Source of the DNA: Candidatus Heimdallarchaeum endolithica
GTDB lineage: Archaea > Asgardarchaeota > Heimdallarchaeia > Heimdallarchaeales > Heimdallarchaeaceae
NCBI GenBank assembly: GCA_021513715.1
Contig: CP084167.1
Coordinates: 1,120,001-1,184,000 of the forward strand
Direction of reading: 5' to 3'
Length of the DNA: 64,000 bases
Shown: piece by piece, positions 10,087-20,567 of the stretch
Position numbering within the stretch: the stretch's first letter is position 1
Layout of the letters: every line of letters begins with the position of its first letter
The notes under the pieces: generated by a model
Told to the model about the DNA's origin: nothing
What the model saw: only the letters and a program-made list of their open reading frames with translations
Database searches by the model: none
Made by a program: the position numbers and the translations under genes

Positions 10087-10590
10087 CTATTCATGTTCAT
10101 GTTTGCAAAACAATCTATATCTTGTACCTCGGTTTTTCATTTTGTGATGTTCAACATATTCGAAACCAAGTTTCTTGAAAAACCCGTTCACTAATTCTTC
10201 TTTATATGTTTCCAATAATAAACCAATGCTTCCAATATCTTCTGAGATTTTTTTACATCTCTTCTTTGCATCTTTAATTAATATTGTTCCCCAACCTTTA
10301 TTTTGGAAAATTTTATTTACTCCAATTTGCCCAAGCAAACACACAGGTTGATCATATTCTCTTCCTTCATAGTTAAAACGAACAGATTTCATTGAAAGCG
10401 TATAGAAACCTATGAGGTCATTTGTATTCACAAGTATAAACACATAAATTTGAGCATTACCTAATTCAACTTCTTCATAGCTTCTCTGATTAAAATACTC
10501 ATTAACGTTTTCATCACCACAATCAAAGTCTAATAGAGTATGAGATATATTTAGTTTCTCAATTTTATACTCTACTTCATGACTAGTCAT
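10087..10590 (-). CDS. GNAT acetyltransferase, TacT/AtaT toxin-like
   Basis: FDCGDENVNEYF, IGFYTLS, LLGQIGV and QNKGWG acetyl-CoA loop. Confidence 0.8.
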   Translation of the reverse strand: MTSHEVEYKIEKLNISHTLLDFDCGDENVNEYFNQRSYEEVELGNAQIYVFILVNTNDLIGFYTLSMKSVRFNYEGREYDQPVCLLGQIGVNKIFQNKGWGTILIKDAKKRCKKISEDIGSIGLLLETYKEELVNGFFKKLGFEYVEHHKMKNRGTRYRLFCKHEHE

Positions 10591-10597
10591 TGATGTA

Positions 10598-11209
10598 TCA
10601 CTTTGAGATTATTTCTAGAAATCTTTTTGCAGCTTCACCTTTCAAGACGATGTCACGTTCATGTTTCATATCACTTGAAACAAACCCTGAATTATCATCT
10701 ACTTTTTCTACAGAATCTAAGTTTACTTTTTTAGTATCAAGATCTGCTTTAATAACAGAACGAACTGTATATTTAGGATATTTTTCGTAAATTTCTTTTA
10801 ACATTGATTTTAAAGATTGAGACTTACTTTTTTTCTTAATATCATCAATTACTTGTTTTTCTTTCTTAGGGATTGTTTTCAAATATTTTTTAGCTTCAAC
10901 TAAACCTTTTTTTGACAACTCATAATGATAATCTCCACTTTTATACAATATATTAATATGATTACTTTTAATCAGTTCGTTAACACAAACAGCAAAACGA
11001 GTACTATAAGGCCCAAAGTGATAAGGATAGAATTGAGCTGCCTTAAATACTTCAGGAGCTAACTGCTTGGTAATCAAAAAGAATTCTTTAGTTATTCTAA
11101 CTTTTCCTTTGATTGAACTATTGTTATCTGCAGCTAACATTAAATAGATCCATTTTTTTATCATTTTATTTTCTTCTTCCGACATATTTTTTGTCGCTTT
11201 TTGATTCAT
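10598..11209 (-). CDS. wHTH antitoxin-like protein (Panacea/SocA/YwgA-like GPY motif) with TacA-like tail
   Basis: FYPYHFGPYS, YELSKKG, YEKYPKY; C-terminal IVLKGEAAKRFLEII; GGTGA RBS. Confidence 0.6.
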   Translation of the reverse strand: MNQKATKNMSEEENKMIKKWIYLMLAADNNSSIKGKVRITKEFFLITKQLAPEVFKAAQFYPYHFGPYSTRFAVCVNELIKSNHINILYKSGDYHYELSKKGLVEAKKYLKTIPKKEKQVIDDIKKKSKSQSLKSMLKEIYEKYPKYTVRSVIKADLDTKKVNLDSVEKVDDNSGFVSSDMKHERDIVLKGEAAKRFLEIISK

Positions 11210-11237
11210 TTATATCACCTTTTCTTGGATAAATATC

Positions 11238-12473
11238 TCAGAAGTAACTATCTAAAGGCGGATTAATAAACCTTTCAAGCTCAGGATATCTTTTAGATAG
11301 TTTGCGTCTATGTCGTTTTACTAATATTTTTTGTCTAAAATACTCTGAGATATCATTATCCCTAATATTTTTTCTAATTGCCAACATTTCCTGGTTAAAA
11401 CCATTATATTCATGCACTTGTAGAAGTGAGTTTTTATCATGTGTTGAGAGATAAATCCTAAAGGTATCTATATCTTTTGTCTTTTTACAAATGGGACAAG
11501 TACAAGAAAGTTCATGACCAATCCATTTAGTCCGCTCATTTATAGAAATGTAACCTAAAGCTAATTGCTCAAACAAAAACCGTTGACTACGCTTTATCTC
11601 TCTGACCTTTTGTTCTTCTATTTCCCTAGCAGTTGGTTCTAAAGATATATTCTCTGGTGTTGGCAATAAACCATCCTTAATATTTTTCTTGCTGCTGCTA
11701 TACCCATGTTTTTTTTTCAAGGAAATAGTATCAACACTTGTCAAAGGTGCCAAATGCAGTTGGGACACATTCTTATATTTTTTGGATAAGTCAAACAGAT
11801 GAATCCAAATCGGATTATCTGATTGTGTAATCAGATTTGTTGATTTGTGCAAAGTAACTGGAAAATGTGGTCCGTGTGCTCTTAATCCAATGGATGGAAC
11901 TTGCTTATCTATTAACCACGAAATTTTCTTTTCCACATCCAATAAAGGCTGAGCAAGTGAAACAGTAGGCATAAATAGTTCCGATGTTCCAACTTCTTGT
12001 GAAACCTTAGCCTCATAGAGAGATGCGTCCATAGAATCAATCCAAAAGTTATTATATGAACAAGTAGGATCAGGTATTGTTATAATAGAAAATTTGTTCA
12101 TATCAGACTGCAACCTAACAATTTGACATAATTCATATTTGCTAATTTCATTTCCAGCCTTCAAACGAAATTGAACAAAATTCATCCGATCAGATTTAGT
12201 CAAGTTATCTAGCTTGTTACATAATTTTTCTATTTCATCGGAGTTTTCAAATATTTTTTGCGCAGTTAATCTATCAGGTATATGATCACTAATTAATTCA
12301 TTCAGTTTTGGGTTAGGCTCACGACTCCCAACAAGATTATACCCTGTAGTAAGTCGTCTAGTTTCAATATATGTCATTATATAATTTGGTGTTTCTATTT
12401 CTACATTGCCAAGCTTCAACTTTGATTGCCTTAAGGATGCAATTGTATTTTTAACTTCAAAATTAAATGACAT
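11238..12473 (-). CDS. Divergent tRNA-guanine transglycosylase (TGT)-fold protein
   Basis: N-terminal FEVK...RQSKLKLGNVEIETPNY and zinc site CTCPIC...VH; no DSGG motif visible. Confidence 0.65.
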   Translation of the reverse strand: MSFNFEVKNTIASLRQSKLKLGNVEIETPNYIMTYIETRRLTTGYNLVGSREPNPKLNELISDHIPDRLTAQKIFENSDEIEKLCNKLDNLTKSDRMNFVQFRLKAGNEISKYELCQIVRLQSDMNKFSIITIPDPTCSYNNFWIDSMDASLYEAKVSQEVGTSELFMPTVSLAQPLLDVEKKISWLIDKQVPSIGLRAHGPHFPVTLHKSTNLITQSDNPIWIHLFDLSKKYKNVSQLHLAPLTSVDTISLKKKHGYSSSKKNIKDGLLPTPENISLEPTAREIEEQKVREIKRSQRFLFEQLALGYISINERTKWIGHELSCTCPICKKTKDIDTFRIYLSTHDKNSLLQVHEYNGFNQEMLAIRKNIRDNDISEYFRQKILVKRHRRKLSKRYPELERFINPPLDSYF

Positions 12474-12697
12474 ATATTTCCCTTTTACTCACAATTTTTT
12501 TATGTTTATTTACTCCTCCTTATAGTTAAATAGAAGGATTTAATTATTCTTTTTTCTTTAATTATCATGTTTTAAAACCAATTAAGAGTTTTTAATATAA
12601 AATAGTTTCTCATTTTAAAGAGCAGATGCTCGATTTTTATTGTATTACGATAATAGTTGCCATTAAATATTTAATTATTAACCATCAGTGCTATTTA

Positions 12698-13666
12698 ATG
12701 AATGATAATAATGAAAAAATTGCATTACAAGAAATAGATATAAAAGATATCAAAAGGCAATTAATATGACAATTAAAATATGGATCACAGTATGAGATCC
12801 CACCAGAAAAGAGAGATTTAATATCAGCTTTAGGACTGTTAGATACTGCTGAAGAGGATTTAAGAGCTTCAAAAATTCTATACCACAAGAAACTATATGC
12901 ACAGTCTATTTTCTTCCTCCAACAATCTGTTGAGAAATTAGGAAAATCACTACTTCTACTTACTGGACTGTGTCAAACTGAACGGCTTATAAAAGTTGGA
13001 CATACTTTTACTAAATTCTTCTTCGAAAAACTAAAAGATCTCTATGAATCTTTAGCTGATTATTCTAATGATAACCAAAGAGAAGGATTTTTAAGCATTA
13101 TAGAAGCAATTGACAAATATTTGAGTGATTATGAGCAAAAAAGGAAATCAGAAGAAACTCTGTATCTTGAACACACTACATTAAAGGAAATATTAATTAA
13201 ATACAACAAGCTGTTTTCATTATTTTGGAAAGGAATAAAATCCATAAGAAAAGAAAATTTTGATAAAATTGTGAAAGAAGAGTTCATTAGCATAACAGAC
13301 TATGTCATTCAAACAATCGAACAAGAATATAATATCAAATTGCAAACTGATGAGCGAAGAATGTTGAGAGAAGAATTTATCACACAAATTCAGAAAGAAG
13401 ATTGGTTAGTAAAAATAGAAAGTTATCTTTATCTTATACTACTGTTTGCATATATAGTTATTTTAAGCATGAATTTGGAAAAACATGTTAGTGCTTCGCG
13501 TTATCCTAATTATCATTCAGATTATAAATATACAAAGAATCATAGTATTATGCGTCTTTACCCAATAATGTTAAAAACTATGAGAGAGATGATAAAAACG
13601 TATGATATACTTCTAGAACTATGTATTGTAGAAAACAATGAAAATAATAAATGTGAAAAAGCATAA
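12698..13666 (+). pseudogene. HEPN-domain protein with early in-frame TGA
   Basis: AEEDLRASKILY..LYAQSIFFLQQSVEKLGKSLL...VGH...SRYP in the frame of ORF 13121; ATG 12698, TGA 12767-12769. Confidence 0.75.
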
Positions 13667-14092
13667 AATTACTCTGTCTTGTAGTTTAAAGAGTTCCAAG
13701 AATAATAATCATTTTCTTGAGCATTTGCTCGAAAATAATTAATTAGTATCTCTCAAGAAGTTAATCACTAGGATTTCTCCATCAATCGACTTCTTTCAAT
13801 TATGTATTACCGAACTTTTTAGGAGATTTTTGTCGTCTTAATAATAGGAAATTATGTACTATTTACAAAAATAAGCAAATGAAGATAGTTTGTTTAAAGA
13901 AATGAGTTCATATAGATAACTATATTTGAGAGATAAGATGTAATGTCAAGAATATGGAAGATTATACTTATTGCATAATCAATGACAGAGGAGCTATTAT
14001 TACTTTAATCACAAACTTTTTTTAAACATTACAACTAGCTATTATCTACGTGGGATAAAAAAATTAGAAAGGAATACTAGAATTGTTTGATT

Positions 14093-16497
14093 TTAAATAA
14101 TTTTTAATTTGTTTTTTTTAGAATCCAGAGTAGATAATGTAAAGATTTCTAGTGCTAGAAGAAACATTAACACTCCTGTTGTCAAAGAAATTATCCTCAA
14201 AATTTGTTGTGGAATAGCAAAATAGAAAGAAAGCGTTTGACACCATAAAAGAGATAGGAATGATAGCGGAAAAAGGATGAAAATAAAGTTTGAGGGATTA
14301 TTGTTATTAGCAATCTTTTTCTTTTGCTTACTATAGAGTGTAAAGAAAGCAGATGTAAGTAAATAAGTTAAAATTGGAAGCAAGATCAAGTTTATTGACA
14401 CTTTTACGAAAGATATACTTAAAATGATAAGAGAAGAAAGAAGCAGGTTTGTAGCAATAGAATCATATCTAAAAGTTACTTCATTACTTGAAAACCCTAG
14501 TGAGTAAAAACCAGAACCTAATAAATAAAATAACGCAAAATAAATAACATTAATTAAAACATAGATAATTGTAGAGTAACTTGTTTTTATAATGTCACGG
14601 TAAACAATTTCTGTTTTAAAAAGTGGATAAAAGATAAAATTAATCATTATTGCAGATGAAATAGCAAAAATTCCAAACCATCTAAAAGCTTTCAAATGAA
14701 CACTTTTGTAATTATTATAAGTGCCTTTCCAAGATATCTCTGATAATATTTGATTTCTTTTCATTTTAAATTTAAGAATAAGACGTTCATTTTTATCTCC
14801 TTTATTTTCTATTCTCTTTTTTATTATTGTAGAAACTATTATTATTGATAAAAGGCAGAATAGAGAGAGATAAGTTAAACTTTCTGGAAACAAAATTGGG
14901 AAAATATCAATATTATCTGGTAAAAAATCTTCATCTGTATCTCTATTCAAAGGATCTGTGTTTTTTTTAAATTCTTCTAGGTTTGTTAACCCATCACCAT
15001 CAATATCTTCATTTTGGTCTCCGATATTATTATTATCTGAATCTTGAAGTAATGGATCTGTTTTTGTAGCAGATATTTCATAGCCATCTATAAGAAAATC
15101 TCCATCTGTATCCTTTTTTTCTGGGTCTGTCCCAATAATTTTTTCAGAGAAAGTAGAAATAGTATCTCCATCTTTATCTATTGTAAAACTGTTTCCAGAA
15201 TTGAAGAAATTACCACCATCTCCCTGCCAATAGATCCTGTAACTTGTTTTCAAGGAATTAGTAATTGTATAACAAAAAACGTTTCCACTTTTGGAACCAT
15301 ATATCATCTCAAAACTGCCATCATTATCCAAATCACCAACAGTGATAGAAGTTTCTATTTCTTCATTTTGATTATAAATAGAGATTAAATTTCCCTTTCT
15401 TCCTCCAACAATATACACATTTTTACCATTAAGTAGGACATCTAGTTCGTTATCCCCATCAACGTCTGCCAATGTTGGAGCAGTTCCCCCTAGTATTAGT
15501 TCTGTCTTGAGTGTCCAGAGGATTGTCCTAGTTCTTCCATTAAATGCATAGTAATAAGAATCAGAAGACCCTATAACTATATCCAGATAGCCATCATTGT
15601 TAAGATCTCCTAGAGCTGGAGATGCTCTTATTGATCCCCCAGTTTTAAATTTCCATTTTATTTTTCCTGTGTCACCATCAATCATATAGATGTTTCTATC
15701 ATTAGAACCTATATTATTTCCAGTGTGCTATCACCATCAACATCTCCAATTGCAGCAGGAGCAGTGACGAAGAAATTTGTTTCAAATTCCAAGATTTTGG
15801 AACCATTATAACCATTAAAAGCAAAGATTGATTGTCCACACCCAACTATAATATCGGAAATACCATCATGATTAATATCTCCTAAACTAGACGATGTAAA
15901 AAAACTCTTCATAAAAAACAGTTTATTTTCCCATAGAAGTGTACCATCCTTTCCATCTAATACATATAATAAACCATAAGTAGTTGTTACAATGATGTCA
16001 TTATCTTGATCATTATCGATATCAGTAATCGAAAGTCCCCCTTCAATAGATATAGATCCCCCTTCTTCATAATTGAATCTCCAAATCAGAGAACCATCTA
16101 CACTTGATAAAACGTAAATAGAACCATCTCGTGTCCCAATTATAACTTCAAACGTACCATTATTATCAATGTTAGCTATAAGAGGTCTCATTAAAATTTC
16201 AGAATTGTAGTAATATTTTCTTATATTAAAATCCCATAATACAGTACCTTTTTTACCCTCAATACAATAAAGAACTCCATCTATAGAACCCACTAAAACA
16301 TCAGTATAACCATTATTATTTACATCTAGTAGAGAGGATGTTGAATCTATTCCAGCGCCAGTATGATAAACCCAAAATGGGTTGTTTTCATCATTTTTTG
16401 AAGGTAAAGCAGGGATTAATATTAGTGATATAAAAAAGAAGTTAACCAGAATCAAAGTAGTTAATAGGATTTCCACAGAGTATTTTTGAAATCTCAT
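14093..16497 (-). pseudogene. Membrane-anchored FG-GAP/PQQ-like beta-propeller protein with Ca-binding DxDGD repeats, split by frameshift
   Basis: Repeats DxNxDGxxDIxxGS in both ORFs, DTDGDFLIDGYE repeats, C-terminal TM bundle; 1-nt deletion at about 15710 (EII-ta-GSNDRNIYMIDG). Confidence 0.8.
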
Positions 16498-16764
16498 CCA
16501 TATTTTGTAATTCTACAAATTATAAATATGTTATTGCTTAAAATAGTGCTTATTTAAATCTATTTTTCTTATCAACCCTCTTAGTTGTTGTTATTTTTTT
16601 CTCTCTCATCTCTTTTTGTAATCTTTCTTTCAAAAGAAACATATTTTGGGACTAATTAACAAATAATCCATCTATCAACCATTTTTGCTTAACACAAACA
16701 TAAATGAATAATGATATAATATTAATAAAAAAGTAAAAAATAGTTTTTATTTTATTTCATTTAA

Positions 16765-17508
16765 TTATAACTTAAGCATCTTTACAAACCATTTTGGCAT
16801 GATTAGTCCTAAATAACCTATTATTGATCCTATAACTAAAAGTGCCCATCCAATGTAGTATGCAGGAGAGTATCCCCTTGAAAATGCATCTACATAAGCT
16901 ACAAGAATAGAATCTAATGTAAATGAAACAAACAATAGAATCATAAATATTGCGTAGGTACCAATTAAGGCAAAACCTATTTTTGCTATTTTCTTTTTAT
17001 TCATTTTAGCTTCTCTTAAAGACACAATTGCTAGTATTAGGAATATTAATACTGAAAGTATTAAATGGTAAGTAACTATTAACACATGTGATCTCATGTT
17101 TCCCCATTCAAAATTTAATATAGGAACAATCAAACCTATTGTTATTCCACTTAATATAGCAAACAGTGCTACAAAATCTACTCCTTTTTGAATAAATATA
17201 GAGTCTATAAATGAAGCAATAAATACGTTTGCTATTGCCATTAAAACATATGCAAATAAGGTTGTAAAGTCAGTATATGAGAATTGAGTATAGGGGACTG
17301 AAGAGAAATAACCTAACCATCGGCCGATACAACTTGTTAAAGTTGCAAGGTTGTAAAAAAGATATGCTAAAGCCAGATATAATACAGGTTTTTTTCTTTT
17401 TGCAAAAAACCTTGCAAAAACTGTTACTACCATAAAACTTAGTGCTATAACAACCACTAGTTCAAAGATTATAGAGCTTATTGGGATTTTATTTTGCCAG
17501 ACAACCAT
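16765..17508 (-). CDS. Seven-TM membrane protein
   Basis: About 7 hydrophobic segments, C-terminal MPKW. Confidence 0.75.
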   Translation of the reverse strand: MVVWQNKIPISSIIFELVVVIALSFMVVTVFARFFAKRKKPVLYLALAYLFYNLATLTSCIGRWLGYFSSVPYTQFSYTDFTTLFAYVLMAIANVFIASFIDSIFIQKGVDFVALFAILSGITIGLIVPILNFEWGNMRSHVLIVTYHLILSVLIFLILAIVSLREAKMNKKKIAKIGFALIGTYAIFMILLFVSFTLDSILVAYVDAFSRGYSPAYYIGWALLVIGSIIGYLGLIMPKWFVKMLKL

Positions 17509-17524
17509 TTTTACTTTTCACCTT

Positions 17525-17995
17525 TTACCATAATGAATCCTTTATTCTTTTTGTTGCTTCTCTCTCGCTAATATAGTCTTCCCAGTTATTAACTATTTCC
17601 CTTATTTTTTTGGAAATTACTTCTTTTGTTTCACCACCAATTGCGCTAAAATCTTCAACTTCTTGATCAAAAGAAATTAGGGTCTGAATTTCATCTATTA
17701 GTTTATTCATTTCGTTTCTATCTATAGGTTCTTGGTTTTTTACTACAGCTATTGCAAATTTTTCTGTTACATTCATGAAAATTTCATTTTTTTCTGTATC
17801 AAAGAATGATGGAACACCTACATCAATTTCAGCCATGGCTACTTGAATTGCAGATATTATTCCAGAAAATAAAGTCACTGCATCCACATCATCTTCTTGT
17901 GATACAAAATCTACATAAAGTAATGGTAATCCTGTTCGGGAAATAATATAGACTGTTTCAATCACTTTTCTTCTTCCTTTATTTTTCTTTGCCAC
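17525..17995 (-). CDS. Longin/roadblock-like small protein
   Basis: VYIISRTGLPLLY...LFSGIISAIQ pattern common in Asgard longin-like domains. Confidence 0.6.
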   Translation of the reverse strand: MAKKNKGRRKVIETVYIISRTGLPLLYVDFVSQEDDVDAVTLFSGIISAIQVAMAEIDVGVPSFFDTEKNEIFMNVTEKFAIAVVKNQEPIDRNEMNKLIDEIQTLISFDQEVEDFSAIGGETKEVISKKIREIVNNWEDYISEREATKRIKDSLW

Positions 17996-18054
17996 TTTAA
18001 TAAAAATTCACACAAATAAAAAACTTTTCAATTTATCGTTATATTAATAAAGCG

Positions 18055-18096
18055 ATTATTATTATTATTAGTAGTAGTAGTAATAGTAGTATTAGT
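18055..18096. repeat. Compound trinucleotide microsatellite (ATT)5(AGT)4 plus degenerate units
   Basis: Read directly in the intergenic region. Confidence 0.85.
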
Positions 18097-18724
18097 ATCG
18101 TGTGTAGAACATTATTTTTTTGAAAGGTTTTTTGATTTTCTTTTTAGAGGTAGTACTTCCGCAATAAGTTGACCGATTTCTATAGGTTAAAATTATAGGA
18201 GTTCATACTATCATTGTCGTGTTCTCAATTCATACTTTTTGAGATAATTCGGAAGTACTATTAGAGGGGAGAAAAAAATAAAAACAACTTTAAATTTTTG
18301 AAACAGATGAACAATGAGAATTATCTAATCGAACAGTATAAGATGGAAGAAAAAGAGCACAAAAAAATAGCTGACTTACTTTCTGAATCTTTCTTATCAG
18401 ACCCTGCAGCTATTGATGAAGGAGCTTCTATTCTCTTTTCTGACAAAACGATAAAGTTAATTTTTGGTTCTCTAACTGTCAAGAAAAACTATTTTGTTAG
18501 AGCTGTTTACAAGAAAACAAATGAAATTGTAGGATTTTTGGGATTAATTCCTAGAGACTTCAGAATAAAGAAACAAACGTACAATTTCGCTATTCCTGCC
18601 TGGTTAGCTGTTCACCATCAACATAGAAGAAAGGGTTTAGCAAAAATGATGGGAGAAAAGATGTTAGAAATCGCACAAAAAGAATCTTTTGATGGAGGTT
18701 TTGCTTTATTTGAACCAGAGCAAC

Positions 18725-18967
18725 ATGATTTACTTTTTGCGAAGTTTGTCGAACTTAGTCTTTCAAGAAAAAAACAAAGAAAGAGAATTGTCAGTTTCTT
18801 GAGAACTTAATCCTAACATACAATGAAAGAAGAAGGATTAAGGCAGACGTCATACACGAATCGTGGGAATCATAAAGAAGAAAAGAGTTGTAAGCTCTTT
18901 CTTCACTCCACGAGAGACAAAAAAGAAACAATTATCCCTAAAATAGAGAAATTATTTTTCTTTTTGT
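18725..18967 (-). ncRNA. Predicted omega-RNA scaffold of tnpB
   Basis: About 240 nt between the tnpB stop and the element end, with stems TCGTGG/CCACGA, CTTAATCCT/AGGATTAAG, TCAAGAAA/TTTCTTGA; ATGATT complementary to terminal AATCAT. Confidence 0.7.
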
Positions 18968-20567
18968 CTACTGGGACTGCAACCAATGGCTGAGTCCTCG
19001 GCAAACAGTGTAGTGAGTAAGACTGAATTTTTGACCAGTAAAATAATCAGTAATAGTTGTAGTACGGGGACGAAAAAGATGACTAAGGAATTTACGAGCA
19101 ATATTTCTTGCCCCTGTCAAATCGGAGTGGAAGGTGTAATTGCAAATGGGACAGTGTACTAACCCTCTAACGGGACGAGAAACTTCTTTTCCACAACGGG
19201 AACAATGAGAAGATGTTCCTCTTTCGTCTAAAGTGAGAATGCGGTGAGATTCAAAACCTCTTAATATCAATGCTCGACGGAGAAGACCAAGAACTAAAGA
19301 AAAATTCCACTGGTGAAGTTTTCTACGAAAATAACGAGTACTTTTTTCTTTTCCTTTTTCTTTATCTTTTCTAACATTTTTGGGGTAACCTACGACGACG
19401 AAAAGGTCATACACTTTTGCATAACTCTCTATTGTCCGCACAACGTCGTTTATAAATTGGTGAATATAGGACCGTTTAACGTTTCTATATCTCCGACGGA
19501 GAAGACCGAGAAAACGATAAATTTGGTGTTTTTTACCCGACTGGTCATTTAAAGCCGCTTTCCTCTGAAGACGGGAAAGTTTGAGTTTATATCTATGATT
19601 GATTCTATTCCACTGTTTGGTATGCCAGAATTTTATTTCTTTAATAGTTAATTTCTTTTTGGGAGTTAGTAACACTCCTGCTGCAGGAATGTTTATCCCT
19701 AGATCTATTCCCAGCACAGCTGGAGGAAGAGAAGAAGAACTTTCTTTTTCAGGAGGATAGAAAGAAGGAGGAGGAAGAACTTTCAATTGGAAATACACCC
19801 ACCATTCACGTGTAGAACGTTTATATCTCAGTTCTAAACTTTTTATTTGTCCTTTCTTCAATTCTTTTTGATGGAAAGTGCTCATCTCTAAAGGTAACCA
19901 CAATCGTTGATGATACCTTGTCTTTCTTTTCCACGTGTCTAATGAGTCTCTTATTCCTACCCACCAACGAGAAATGGAGTTGTTTTTTTCTTTTGGTAAA
20001 TTAGTAAGAATAAATCTTTTTTTATTGATTAGTTGTCTTCGGGGTCTCTTTTTTGGAGGACGAGTGGCTTCAGGTCTATATCCTTGCTCGTACAGTTGTA
20101 CTGCTATATCTCTGCACTCTTGAAACTCATCGTGAGAACAATGGCGAAACATCTTTTTAAGGTCATGAGGAACAGTCTCTCTTCGCTCTTCTACTTTTTT
20201 TATCCTTGATGTTGTTAATGTTAGTTCATCTAACTTCCCTTTATGTACTCTTATTTCTCCGTTCTTTGTTTTCATACACAGTCTTCTTCTGTTGTGATGT
20301 ATAATTTTTACATACTTTTCTATTATCCTCGTGTCTCTCCCTGTTATTCTCCTTAATCTTTCCTTTTTTCTCCTCGTCAAAACTTCATTCTTTATTCTAA
20401 CTTTCAAAGTTTTGACTATCTTCTCCATCTTTTTTCCTCTTATTTTCCTTTTTCTTCTTCTTCTCTTCATTTATTTCTACTATTTTTTCTTATAAAAAGT
20501 CTCTTTTTTTTCTTTTTTTTAGTTTCTCATCCATACTCTCTATCCTAATGTTCGCAAAAAGTGAAAC
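18727..20567 (-). mobile_element. TnpB-only transposable element with inverted ends
   Basis: Perfect IR ACTTTTTGCGAA 18732-18743 / TTCGCAAAAAGT 20551-20562; AACATG at both junctions; host gene restored on removal; no transposase gene inside. Confidence 0.92.
18968..20470 (-). CDS. tnpB: TnpB/Cas12f-like RNA-guided nuclease with rearranged RuvC-II
   Basis: GIDLG (RuvC-I), VVVGYP, LDERGTS, CSRC/CPIC zinc finger, HSDLTGARNI (RuvC-III). Confidence 0.92.
   Translation of the reverse strand: MKRRRRKRKIRGKKMEKIVKTLKVRIKNEVLTRRKKERLRRITGRDTRIIEKYVKIIHHNRRRLCMKTKNGEIRVHKGKLDELTLTTSRIKKVEERRETVPHDLKKMFRHCSHDEFQECRDIAVQLYEQGYRPEATRPPKKRPRRQLINKKRFILTNLPKEKNNSISRWWVGIRDSLDTWKRKTRYHQRLWLPLEMSTFHQKELKKGQIKSLELRYKRSTREWWVYFQLKVLPPPSFYPPEKESSSSLPPAVLGIDLGINIPAAGVLLTPKKKLTIKEIKFWHTKQWNRINHRYKLKLSRLQRKAALNDQSGKKHQIYRFLGLLRRRYRNVKRSYIHQFINDVVRTIESYAKVYDLFVVVGYPKNVRKDKEKGKEKSTRYFRRKLHQWNFSLVLGLLRRALILRGFESHRILTLDERGTSSHCSRCGKEVSRPVRGLVHCPICNYTFHSDLTGARNIARKFLSHLFRPRTTTITDYFTGQKFSLTHYTVCRGLSHWLQSQ

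Noticed and set aside
2436-12769. Stop-codon reassignment or selenocysteine explaining in-frame TAA (2436, 5828) and TGA (12767)
   Set aside because: TAA and TGA terminate many intact genes here, two of the three genes also carry frameshifts, and the TGA is not in a redox motif
18727-18810. C-terminus of ORF 18298..18810 and GTG start of ORF 20561..21235 as two real genes
   Set aside because: Both are read-through into or out of the inserted element; the halves form one GNAT gene
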